64,000 nt of DNA from NCBI RefSeq assembly GCF_009914755.1, contig NC_060926.1. The stretch is one strand, 5' to 3'. Below the pieces are notes generated by a model, which saw only the letters and a program-made list of their open reading frames with translations, ran no database searches and was not told where the DNA came from. The DNA is from the human T2T-CHM13v2.0 reference genome, Homo sapiens. Positions 51,659-64,000 of this stretch are shown here, piece by piece (position 1 is the first letter of the stretch; each line of letters begins with the position of its first letter). The translations under genes were made by a program, and so were the position numbers.

Positions 51659-52210
51659 AATAAAAGAAAATATTAAAAGCTCAATATATGGCAGGCACTA
51701 TTATTCTAGGTATTTGGGATACATCAGTGAACAAATCAGAAAAAGATCCCTGACTTTCTGGAAACTACCTTTTAGTAGTCCACACAATACATATAATAAA
51801 TAGGTGAATTGCATGGTATATTAGAAATAGTATTTAGAAAGAAATAGCGCAGGATAAGAAAGGGATAAACAGTGATATTTTAGCAAAGACTGACTGAAAA
51901 GATGAAAGAGTCATCAGTGAATCTGAGGGAGAAGGATTCTAGCCATAACTTCTATTTCTCTGAAAAGCGTCATACTTCAAGGCCTCACAGAAGGGCAGGC
52001 ATTGGCCTGGCCAGTGTCCTGGGTGTGTCTGAACCATAGATCAGAGCATGTGTACTTGGAGGGTGTGGGCAGGAGGCAGGTGCATTAGTGAACTGAGCAG
52101 GAGGTGATCTTGGAAGTCTGGGTCCTTCTGGGCTGATGGCACTTTTATATTAAATAACTTCACCCTTTCCCCATGCGTCTCTTAGCAAAGAAGCATGGGA
52201 TGTAAAGAAA

Positions 52211-53002
52211 TGATACAGATAGGAGACAGGGAACTACTGGGTAGAAGACCGTGGTTCCCCGGCAAAGGCCCCACCCTCAAGACTAAAGACCCGCAGCCCT
52301 AAATGAGGACAGGCATTCCTGTTTTCACACCCAAAAGCTGCCTTTTGGCCAGCCATGCCTCCTATCCTGCACCCATATAAACCCCAAACCCCAGACTCCA
52401 GAAGCAGACCAGCAGGCCAACAGACCCGCAGATGAACAGTGGAATGACGGAAAGACGCAGCAGAGAAAGAGAGGAGGAACATCTGAAATGCCAAGAGGAG
52501 TTTGGCTGGGGGCAGTTAGAGAGGAATCCAGCCACTGGGTGGCTGACTCCAGGGGAAGATCACCTTCCCACTCCATCCCCACCTTCCAGCTCCCCATCCA
52601 TCTTGCAGGAAAGCCACCTCCACCACTTAATAAAACCTCACATTCATCCTTCAAACCCTTGTGTGACCCAATTTTTCCAGGATGCTGGACAAGAGCTTGG
52701 GATACAGAAAGCTGTCACGCTGGCTTTCTGCCTTTGCATAAAAGCAGAGTCCATTGAGCTAGTTAACACTCAAGCCATCTGTGGACAACAAGGCTAAAAG
52801 AGCTTTGTAACACTGGGGTTGCGGCACCCATCCCTAGACACTACTCTGGAGCTGGAGCCCAAAGTGCTCGCCCCAGCCTCTGCATCTGCCCATCTGTGTG
52901 CTCCCCCTCCTGCAAGGAGCTTGAGCAGCAGGGTGACCAAACAGGTGAGCCACACCCCTGTTGCGTGTCCTGCCAGGGGGATTGGGGAACTCTTCGATTT
53001 CA
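52211..53002 (+). mobile_element. LTR1-family (HUERS-P2, ERV1) solo LTR
   Basis: tgatacagataggagacagggaactactgggtagaaga..ccccggcaaaggccccaccctcaag..tataaacccc..aataaaacc..gatttca; TG..CA ends; 4-bp TSD gaaa. Confidence 0.88.
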
Positions 53003-53201
53003 GAAAAATACATACACCATCTTCTTGGTTACCAGGACTTCAGGCTTCTAGATGGCTTCTCACCTTCAAGGACATGGGGAGCTTTCTAGATATCACTTCC
53101 CTTATATTATAGATCACGAAATGATTTCACTGAATGATTTCTAAATGCACCTTCTACCTCTAATAACCTCTAACTCTTAGAAAGGTTGAAAACACACCCA
53201 G

Positions 53202-53672
53202 TGTGTTAGTTTGCTAGGGCTTCCATAACAAAATACCACAAATTGGGTGGATGAAACAACAGAAATTTATTTTCTCACAGTTCTGGAAGCCAGAGGTCCA
53301 AGATCAAGGTGTTAGCAGAGTTTGTTCCCTTGGGGGGCCGTGAGGGAGAATCTGTTCCAGGCCTCTCCCTTAGCCTCTGGGGGTTTTCTGGGAATCTTGG
53401 TCATTTTTTGGCTTACAGACTCATCACCCCAGTCCCTGTCTTTATCTTCACATGGTGTTCTCCCTGTGTGCATTCTGGGTCCAAGTTTTCCTTTTCTTGT
53501 AAGGACACCAGTCATATTAGATTACGGGTCCAGCCTGTGCCAGGATGACTTCATCTTTACTAACTAATTACATATGCAATCACCCTATTTCCAAATAACT
53601 TCACATTCTGAGGTCCTAGAGCTTGGGACTTCAACATATGACTTTTAGGGGGACACAATTTGACCCATAACA
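53202..53672 (-). mobile_element. MLT1C MaLR LTR
   Basis: tgtgttagtttgctagggcttccataacaaaataccac..gagggagaatctgttccaggcctctccc..ccctatttccaaataac..tgacccataaca. Confidence 0.88.
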
Positions 53673-55004
53673 AAAAGATAAGACCAATAAATGGAAAGTC
53701 TGCTCCAGAGTACACCTGTCCCTCTTCTTTATAATGCAGGAAGAGTTTGCCCCAAAACATGTTACTCTACACCATTGGGTGGTCATCCCAGGAATGCCTT
53801 ATTTAACGGCTTCAGAAATCATGTTGACATGAAAGACACTAATATTATAATGATTTTTAAAGTGAAAAAGAAAAAAAAATTTGGATCTTTTTTCTTCTAG
53901 AAATGGATGTCTATTTTCAAAATATTGCATTGGCAGCTTCAGCAGAAGCAATCTATCGCCTGAGAAGGAGGAGCTGAGCCAACATGCGCATGCAGATATC
54001 AATACAAGTCTGGAGTTATACATAAGCAGAGGGAGTTCTGACAGGGAGCCGGGCAGCCTGCCACACAAGGAGCTCTCTTACAAAAGGCAGTGTTTCTTTT
54101 CCCTTACAAATGGCTAAAGGGTTGTGCTTGATATGCCTAGAAGCTGGGGCAAAAGAAATCTCTGGTCTATTCTGTGAGTAACATGCCATTGGGACAGACC
54201 CAACTAGAAAAATAACAATTCTCTTAGTTTTCAGAATTGATCAATCTAGTGTGGTCTTACCCTAAAATAGGGAAGGTTACATTTTTAATTCTCTTTTATA
54301 GATTCATCAAGATTCAGAAGGCATAAGTGACGTATTTAAGGTAACACAGATTTTAAATGGCAGAAATCAGCAGTTCAGAAGAATTGCAAAGTTCATATTC
54401 TTTGCATTGACTGAGCTGCTTTCAGCTTTGAAAATGGTTAGTTTGACATCTAAAAACTAGAAATAAAGCTTAAGATCAATATATTTCTAATTATGAAGGA
54501 CCAAACAAAATAACTCACAAACTTCCTAAAGACACGGAAAACAAAAATCTCCACCTGTATACAATTATGATTATAGGTTCAAGAATAGCAAAGTGTTTTG
54601 ACTATTTACTAAGTGTTTTCACACTGAAGATCTCATTTGATCCTACGTTTATGGGATGGTTACCTGTTGTACAATGAGGAAACCAAGGCCCATGTAGTAA
54701 ATGGTGAAATTAACACGCCACTGCAAGGATGTGGCTAAGCAGAACCCAAGCCTATATTATTTAAAGCAAAGCCAAATATTGATTCAATTAATCTACCGTT
54801 ATTTTTATTTATTTGTTTTTTTTACCATTTATTTGCCTTGATCCTGGATTTTTAATAGGGCCTGCAGACCTACAAAAAGAGCTTATAACAACCCACCATG
54901 ACCCTTGGCATTGCTGGCTGATCCTCTAGGGCCTACCCTCCTATCCTGGCTTTCAGCTTCCACCCCTCACACCAGCTGCAGGTTCTTCTTGTTTATGCCA
55001 TTAG

Positions 55005-55006
<2 letters not shown>

Positions 55007-55048
<42 letters not shown>
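55007..55048. repeat. Perfect (GT)21 microsatellite
   Basis: Uninterrupted GT run of 42 bp. Confidence 0.95.
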
Positions 55049-55051
<3 letters not shown>

Positions 55052-58000
55052 GTAGGTGGGGCTCTTATTTGGCTTAGCTTCCTTGGTCCATGTTTCTTCA
55101 ATTCCTTAGCTGTGATTAAGAGACACCTCTCTCCCCATCTTACTCCTGAGCAACCCACAGTAAGTGCTATCTGGCTGCCTCCCACTCCCCTCAACCCTCG
55201 GCCCCCCTGCTTGTGAATGGATGGCAGGCTGTGGGTGGGGGGAGGCGGGTTAAGGCAGTGGTGTGTCTTTGTAGCAGAGGGACCCTCCTCGTCAGTCTCT
55301 GCATGGACAATGCCTCTGCTGAGTAGCCAGACTCTTAGTTCAAAGAGCTGATAGACACAATTCAAACGAAAAAGGTGGGTCCCTTCTAAGGTCGTCCTTG
55401 ACTTAGACTTGTACAAAATACCTGCAAATCTGGGCTTCTCTTGCTTCCTTGACTTTGTGGACACTTGGAGGGCGGAGACCACCCTCTTGTTCATCTTTGA
55501 ATGTTTAGCATGTTCCACTAAAACACATTTTGGGTTTTTTCAAAACAAATGAGTGAATGGATCTGTAACTGACTATGTGGACCTTGTGATTGCCTGCTGA
55601 ATGGGTGCTATAAGAAATCTTTGGAAGAAGAAAGCAAAGTGAAGTGTTGCAAGATGGTGTAGGGCACAGGGTAATGTATGAGGTGGCAAGAGAACAGGGT
55701 TGTCCTCTGAGGTCTGGAAGGCCTGTGGGATAAATCCATCCTAGAATTTGCTGGCAAAAGTAAAAAACTTCTCTCTCAATAAACTGTTTTTACTTTTTTC
55801 TTTATCAAAACAATGTAACATATTGAATCTATCATATTTCTTGTGGAGTTTGGCCCTATAGCATATGGCATTAAAATTAAGATAAAAAATTAGTCTGTTT
55901 TAGAATACAGGGACGAGGAGAGAATTTAACTTCCCAGTACCCCTGAGGGGTTCTTGGCCTCTGTATGCATTATAAGGTTTGCATTATAATATATTTATAT
56001 TTGATTTTAGCTAAACTTTTTTGGAATAGAGTTAATAATTTTGAATAACTTTCTGCCTGTGAATGCTAATTCAATTTCTAAACAAGAAAATCATTTTAAT
56101 TCAACTATTTCAATGGCAAATACATCTGAATGCTTTCTGGATGATTTCTGAAAAATCTGTAAATTAGTTGGTGACTATTTCATTGATTTGAGTACTTTTC
56201 CACTAGGATCTTCAACTCACAAGCTCAGTCTAGAAGGCCATCCCCTCCAACTCTATCTCATGCCTTGATTTAAACCCCTCTGATGCCAGGACAGGCACTG
56301 CCTCCTGGGGCCTCCAGTTCATAAATATTGACAGGTTATACCTTAGATTGAGCCATTCTTTATCTATCTCTAGGTTATTGGCCCACATTTGGGGTTAATG
56401 CTTAGCATCATGAAGAATGTGCTTTTCTCTGGACTGTGTGAGCACCCTTAGAGGTCTATCTCGGTCTGCTACAATTGGGTTTGGCATATGGAGAATTATC
56501 ACCCTGATAGGAGATGATTTTGAATTCTTTTTACATTCCAATTTTTTCCCCTAAATGTGTTCCAATTAGTCTGTGTTGTTGGGCACCGCAATTACTGTTT
56601 ATTTTTATTCTATGTTTTTCCAAGTTAACTAATTATAAATTCATAGTGTCTCTGGGCTAGGTTGATAGTGGGAAAAATGTATTGCAGAATCTCTCAATTG
56701 TGGCTGCTTGAGCTCCAACCACACACAAAAAGAGAGTCTATCAATTGTATGGGAGAAAAGATTTAGGCTCAAAAAAGAAAGGTCACTTTTTCAAGACCAC
56801 CCCGCATGTTAGGAGCTGTGCCCCTGACAGAACATGGGCATTTGCCTCCTCTGTCCCATGCTCTTCCAGCCATGTCTTCCCCACTACCCCTGCCAGGGCC
56901 TCAGTGAAGCTTTCTCCATCATGCTTCAAAAATCAGTGTCTGTCTGTGTACTAGGTCATCTGTTCATTCGCATTTTTATTCACATGTATATCCAATACTT
57001 AATGGGCACTGGACGCTGAATGGGCATGTTTACCTGCTATCTGACTTAGCCCTGACAACAGTACTACCAATTCAGCATTTCAGCTCCACTTTACTAATGA
57101 GGAAACTGGAGAATGGGGAGAAAAAAATGGCATTTCTCAAATCACACAGTTCGTAAATGGTAAACCTATAATTCAAACTCAGGTCTGCTTTCTGCTCGAA
57201 AGGGTGCCGTTCAATGCCAGATATCATGGCTCCACTTCTCAAAGGAAGCACAACTTCTAAACAGGTGGGCCCCTCTTTTGCTCTTCTCCTGCATGTACAC
57301 TGGGTAGATTCAAAGGTGTCCCTCATTTTTTCCATCTTCCATGAGGGATGTCCTAATCACCCCCTTTCCACAGGATCATTCTCTCTTCCATCCTGGCCTG
57401 CAGGGAGCAATTTGCACACCCTCCCCAGTGACTTCCCCATCCTCCAGCCCCATCCTGGTGAGGCCCTGGAGTTCTCACATTCCTTCCCACTGGGCCTCAC
57501 ATGCTCCCCTTCCTGCAGCTCTTTCCAGGCACCCCCGCCCTCACAGATGTTTACATGTTCAGGCTCCTTTCTGCCACAGGGTAGCCTTGGCCTCTTTCAG
57601 GAGATTGCTCCATATAATTGTTTCTAGCGCACAGCTGGGGACAGGCCCAGCCTTTCTCCCAACCTTCCCCCTCGCCCCCCGACGGCTTCTGAGAGCTGGA
57701 TGTACCAAGAAGCCCACTGGCTGGCTCAGACCCACCCTCATGACTGAGCCAGTCCTGACCCAGTTCGAAAATATATCAGGCCCATGATAGCACTCAATTC
57801 TAACTTTCCATGTGATTTAGACAAATCACCAGACTTCTCTGTGTGCTTCCTTATACTTCAAGTACCAATTCCAATACTTGCTTTATAACAGAGGGAGGCA
57901 GTCAGCATCAAAATAGGTTTTAAAAACAACAGTGATAACAACAGCAGCAAAACATTAGGCACAGGCACATTGTTTTTACTGATGAACTATGGGCTGCCTG

Positions 58001-58794
58001 TCACACATTGGCAATGGGGAGCTGAATGCTAACCAACCATCCCTGCCCCCAAGGAGTTCATAGCCTCAGGAAAAAAGAATAACAAAAACCAGCCACGTGA
58101 ACAATGAGCTCTGCAAAAAGTCTATATGTTTATAATACTTGCAACTAAAAGTCATTTCATTCCACAGCCTCTTTTGAATTTATTTTTATAACAACCCTGC
58201 TGGGTACATGCTATGAATATTCCTCTTCCAACAGAGGAAACTAAGTCCTAGCAAAATGGAATCATGAATAAGAGCAGAGTCAGGATTTGAACGGAGGGGA
58301 TTTTGCTGTTGCTTTTTGTTTGTTTTTGTTTTGTTTTGTTCCTAAAGCCTTTCATTGCTTTTGATCACTTTTCAGCCCAGAGTCACAGATGGCTGTGCTT
58401 TTCCATCCGGGCCACTTAATCTGATGGTAATGCACCATTTCTAAGAAGAGTTCTCTACTATTTCCCATGATATTTCCTTCCAAGTTGTTGACACCATTCT
58501 GCAAATTTTGATGCTGGTGGTAAATTCTCTAATGAAGACTATTTGCTTCATTGATGTCAAATTACTGCCTTACTGCTCTTATTTTTTGCCTTTTTGTGCA
58601 CACAAATAGATTTTTGTTTTAATATGGAATCATAAAATCATCTCTTCAAATATATTTTAAACGCAGTTAAACTCAGTATGTGTAATACTAATCATATAAC
58701 CTAATGAACTAAAGTGGTGATAATGTGTACAACTCTGAGCCCACATGTGACCCCAGTAGCAACTACATCGCAATTGCCACCACCTGGCTAGCAG

Positions 58795-58872
58795 CAATTT
58801 TAAGATGCATTCTGATACAAAAGATGCTAAAATCTGAAAAGTACATGATTTAGAATACACAAAACACAGTAT
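58795..58872. mobile_element. Ancient Tigger-type (Tigger15a/MamRep434-like) terminal fragment
   Basis: taagatgcattctgat..agatgctaaaatctgaaaa..ttagaat..aaacacagta. Confidence 0.45.
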
Positions 58873-59375
58873 AGTTTTTTCTTTTCCTTTTAGTAAGAAC
58901 TCTGGATTTTTTTTTTTGGCTAGCCTGTAAGATCCTTTGAAAAACTGGGTCTCACATATGCATACTTGGCATCTAGGATGCAAAAGAAAAATACGGGAAG
59001 CGGGAAGCTACAGTGTGCCAGAAATAGGTTATCCATTGCCACATGTGTTGTTTAGTTGGCTTATTACAATAGCCCAAGGGTAGCCTGCACTTTCCCCACT
59101 TTACAGAGTGTTTTTTAAAAGTATACTGGGTACACCTTACATAGCTTAAGACACATAAGAGGCATTCAATAAATGTGTGCTGGTGAAATGAAAGAATATG
59201 TAGAGATTAAATAACTTGGTCATGTTCAGGCAGTTAGTTGACATTGAATCAGAAAATTGACTCTTGACTGGTCTGACTCAAAGGCCCATTCTTTGGCAAT
59301 TGCTAGTCTGGCTCCAAGCGGGTGACTATGAGGTCTGGCAACTAATGGGAGACAAAAATATTTACTGTGTCAGTT

Positions 59376-59665
59376 AGAAGGAAGAAGGAAGGAAGGAAGA
59401 AAGAGAAGAAGAAAGGAAAAAGGAAGGAGAAGAAGGAGGAAGGAGGAAAGGGAGGAAGAAAGGAAGGAGGAGAGGGAGGGAAGGACAGAAGGAAGATCGA
59501 AGGAAGAGGTGAAAAAAAGAAAAAAGAAAGGATGAGAGAAAGATAATAAGAAGCAAGAAAAAACAGAAGTAAAAACTGAGAAAAGGGAAGGGAAAAGGGA
59601 ACGAAAAGACAGGCAAAATGGAAAAAGAGGAAAATGAAAGAAAAGGAAGAAAGCAGGGAAGAAAG
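59376..59665. repeat. Polypurine (GA-rich) low-complexity tract, about 290 bp
   Basis: Nearly all A/G on the + strand. Confidence 0.9.
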
Positions 59666-60126
59666 CTGTCAGTAATGGCTAAACATTAAGAAACTGGATT
59701 AGAAAGATAGTGTTTTTGCAAAGCCAATGTTGGCTTTCCTCCAGATTTCACTAGTTTTACAGTTATTCTAGAAAGTTCTCTAAACATCAAATTTTGAAGG
59801 AAGGAACCAACACTGCAACTGCTACTTGTTTTCAGGTTCTTGACCAACAGAGGCTTAATGAGTAATGTATTTGCTCAAAGTGAACTGAGGAAAGCAGTAC
59901 TTAAGAACGCCTCTCACTGGTCAGCTAAGTGAGACAGTAAACCACCCAGGACGTTATATATCCTGTGCATATGTTTAAACCGGTGACTTGGGAAGAAACT
60001 GAAAGTTACTTTGTATAGTGAAACTTCCAGGCATAGTTTACTCAGTCTACTCAATACTGAGATCTAAGCCTAACTCCACAGCACCCGTGGGAGTGCTCTT
60101 TAAAGAGGAAGATGAGCTTTGAGCAC

Positions 60127-60446
<320 letters not shown>

Positions 60447-60956
60447 AACTTTGGGCATTTTAACCACAGTTCAGCATAATGAGAGAGATGGTGGCTGTTA
60501 TCATAGGCAGAGATTTTCTTTCTCCTTCATTTCCATTACTCAATTAATTCTTGCTTTTATTCTGTGTTTGTTAAAGTTGCCATTAAGGTCAGAAAAATTC
60601 TTTATATAGAAAACAAAACAACAACAAACACCAGTGTGGTACTGGAGGAGTACTGGAATAGGAGCCAGGAGGTCTTGGTTCTAATCTTGCCTTTGCTACA
60701 GGTTTGCCACCTGACCTTGGACAAACTGCTTTATCCCTCTGGGTCTCCTCACAATCAAAATCCATGAATATTTAAGCTGTGACACATTTGGAGACGCACT
60801 GCTGAACACATAATATTATTATGCAGCCCAGTGTCTCAGAGTTGCCATCCATAGTCAAGGAGAGCTTTCTATACTTTCAGAAATAGCATCTCGTTTTTAG
60901 ATAAGAAGTTTTAATTGAACTATAAAGGAGTAATATGCATTTCTTTTCTTTCTCCA

Positions 60957-61250
60957 TTTTTCCTTTTTTCTGAGGCAGGGTCTCGCTCTGTCACCCAGGC
61001 TGGAGTGCAGTGACAGGATCACAACTTACTGCAGCCTCGATTTCCTAGGCTCAAGTGATCCTGCAACCTCAGACTCCCAAGTGGCTGGGACTACAGGTGC
61101 GCACCACCACTCCCAGCATTTTTTTTTTTTTTGGTAGAGATAGGGTCTCACTATTTTGCCAGGCTGGTCTAGACCACCTAGGCTCAATCAGGTATCCTGC
61201 CTTGACCTCCCAAAGTACTGGGATTACAGGTATGAGCCAGGGTGCCCAGT
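60957..61250 (-). mobile_element. AluJ
   Basis: gcagggtctcgctctgtcacccaggctggagtgcagtg..tgcagcctcga..ggctcaagtgatcc. Confidence 0.9.
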
Positions 61251-61254
61251 AGTA

Positions 61255-62100
61255 ACACCCATTTCTGATAGAAACTTTGGAAAATATGGACAAAAGCAGG
61301 AGAGAAGGAAAAGGTAATCCTGTCATGCAGAGGTAACCATGATTGTTTTGATGTACTTTTGATAGTATTTTAAATATATACATTTATAAGCATATTGGGG
61401 AACATATTATATTGAGATTTTTAAAGTTTTTAAAAATTATTTATTACTGTAAACAATCTCCTATGCAATTAGTCTTCAAAAAATGATTTTTAGTGACTGA
61501 CCACATAGGACTCCATCAAATGGATTAAGTGTAATTAATTTGAACATTTTTCTATTCTTGGTCTTTTCAGTTATTTGGGTTACTTTTGCTATTATAAAAA
61601 TGCTGTGGTGACTACATATTTGGAAATATGAACGTATTCATGCCTTTTCAAATAACAAATTGGAAGGATAAGAATTACTGGGTTAAAAAACTAGGCCAAT
61701 TTTAAATTGTCCTGCAGAAAAGTTGCAGCAATTTATCTCACCAGAATGTTCTGAGGATGTTATTGTACACCTGCTTACCAATGTCAAGGAACATGTAACA
61801 ACAGCAATAAGAAAAACACAACACATTCTCTAACCTACTGAGAGCAGATTTTATTTTACTGATGTGTTTATATTCATTTCACTGATTATTCGTAAAGTTA
61901 ACGTTTTTATTTCACATTTGCTTGCCACTTGCAAGACTTCTTTTGTAAAGTGCCTTTTGTATTCTTTGAACACTTTTCTATTAAGGGGGAGTGGATGTTC
62001 AGGCTTTTCCTATAGCTTTAAAGCCCTTACATGATGAGGATGTAAAACATCGCTATGCTTGTGGTAGATTTTTTTTTGCCATATTTTATTTTATTATTGT
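61255..62100 (-). mobile_element. Very old L1ME-like fragment
   Basis: cttttgctattataaaaatgctgtg, aattactgggttaaa, cagaaaagttgcagcaatttatc, ttcttttgtaaagtgcc. Confidence 0.5.
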
Positions 62101-63699
62101 TTAAGGTGTTCTGTTTATAATATCTAAGGAAATATATTTTTAGGACAGAAGTCAAATTCCCTGAAGGCATGGAAATATAGCACTTCCCACCAGAAATACA
62201 TTCTTTTGGTATTAGCACAGAGCTTTTAAAACAATAAACATGAGATTCACATCAGAATTGTCTCTCTCATTTTTTTTTAAGTGAGGCGCAATTCTCGGCC
62301 CATAACAATAGCAAAGTCTATAATTTTCATCTTTTAAGTCTATAGCTTTTTAAAAAATAATGCAAAGTATCTAAAGAAGAATGCAAAAATCACTTTAAAA
62401 GTTATGTTTTCCATCTCTTCTCTCCATGAAGCAGAAATCACTGTGAAATGGAAGGCATCATGAAGTTAGAACATTCTTTCATGAGGGAGTATTACTGTTC
62501 CAGAAGAGCCTAACAAGATATAACTGGAGGGATGGAGTCTTTCCAAAAATTGGCAAAAATGAATAAAAGCTTTAGTCTGAATCCCATGAAGCAGATGGAT
62601 TAATGCTTCTTAGAACTGGGAGCTTAAAATTTGGATTTTTAAGCATCACTAATTTTTCTTTTATGAACCCTGTCCCATTTTAACTCTTTAGGATTGTAAG
62701 TCTATGTATGCATTCTCCTCTTTTTTTTGATATCCTGAATACTTACATGCCTCCTTCCCTCCGTCAACCATGGAGCTTGCCTCTGTGCTCCCCAGCTGGC
62801 ACCTGGTCAGCAGGGGCCGCCATGGTTTTACTGTTCATACTTTTAATGTTAAGCTATGGCCTAACCAGCTCCTGTATGCCATACACCTGGCCCAGATCCT
62901 CCATGCAGGTGACCTAATATCACATTTGCCTTCCTACAAAAAGGAAAATAAAATAAACCATGTATAACATCTCACTGAGATATAACTACTGCTAACATTC
63001 TGCTGCCCTTCCCTCCAACATTTCTTCCTTCCATGCTATGTATAAATATTATACATGCTACTGTTTTCCACTGGTTCATTTGAAATTACATTGTCATTAT
63101 TTTCCCAAACTGTAATTTTTAGTGGGTATAGGAAAATTAATTGAACTATCCTCAACAATAGGTAGAAATTTAGGATGCTTTCTATTTTTCCCTACTTTTG
63201 GTAGCATTGACAGAACAACCTAGCATTCATGGCTTTGATTGCAATCCAGTTACTTTCTTAGGGCAAATTCCTAGAGGTTCCAACGTTGTCTTATGTGGAT
63301 ATATAACCCCCTTAGCATACAGATTAAAAACAATACGAAAGAAATCAAAGCATGTTTGTTTGTTTAGAAATGTTTACATTGAGAAGAATGTTTTGGTACA
63401 TACCAATATTTTACCTTGTGTTTTATAGGATGTGTATGCATATTTCCAATTTCTAAAAGTCATGATTATGACCTAATTTTGCATAACAGGAATTTGAGGA
63501 GCAGAGGAAAGGGGAAAACATTAACACAGTTTCTAATACAAATGCCAAGAGGCTCCAACTAGAGAATTATTTTCACCAGAGTTTCTAACCCTTGACTTCT
63601 AGGCCTTTCTACTCTAGGAGAAGTGACAAGATTATCCCCAGTCTGAAAACTAAGGAAGAAAATCCTGTTTAGCTGAGAGGAGAGGAGAGGCTGGCAGGG

Positions 63700-63870
63700 G
63701 GGCTGATGCAGGAGGTGATAGGGCTCCCGGTGATAAGAGGTGAGAAGAACAGTCTCTGTGTGCCTAGAGAAGAGATTACCAGAAGTCTGCTATCTGTTTG
63801 TTCGCGGATGTCGGACAGGCAGGATCGGTGATGGCAGGTCTTGGGGGAAGGATTATCAGGAGCTAAAAGC
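63700..63870. promoter_or_regulatory. Candidate GATA-factor enhancer
   Basis: Four WGATAR sites in 143 bp (63716, 63731, 63790, 63853), locally retained CpGs, no recognisable repeat. Confidence 0.4.
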
Positions 63871-64000
63871 TGTCTTCACCTTGGCTGCTAAGAACTCATC
63901 TCGGATCTTCTTAGAATTCCAAATCGGACTTTTCTCCTAGCAGTGGCTACATCCTTAACCTCAAAAATACCCGTATTAGCAGATCTACCTCCATGAAATA

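Noticed and set aside
54967-55518. Longest ORF (183 aa, minus strand)
   Set aside because: Contains an HT repeat read from the (GT)21 microsatellite, starts at a non-ATG codon and resembles no protein family I know

Overview
Primate, very probably human, non-coding genomic DNA. It is AT-rich and CpG-poor, and much of it is interspersed repeats. No protein-coding exon can be supported: the ORF-track entries are repeat-derived or chance ORFs. The repeats are AluJ/S/Y, young L1PA 3' ends, old L1M fragments, many MaLR LTRs, several ERVL LTRs (MLT2, LTR33-like), an LTR1 solo LTR, hAT and Tc-mariner MITEs, and microsatellites. The clearest discrete objects are: (1) a U6 snRNA-L1PA8A chimeric retrocopy with a perfect 16-bp TSD (39527-40532, minus); (2) a full-length THE1C-type provirus with perfect TSDs and a DUX4 motif in both LTRs (30673-32981); (3) two inverted MLT2A1 LTRs, one lacking its DUX4 site. 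Repeat-free blocks look like distal enhancers: a CpG-retaining, motif-dense block at about 26.9-27.5 kb, an IRF/ETS/C-EBP block near 59.9 kb, a GATA cluster near 63.8 kb, and a near-consensus CTCF site at 45786. From recollection only, unverified, the 27 kb block resembles the conserved 8q24.21 (CCDC26/MYC distal) enhancer carrying glioma risk SNP rs55705857. I found no convincing evidence of a previously undescribed biological system. Subfamily names come from remembered consensus sequences, and boundaries of old elements are approximate.
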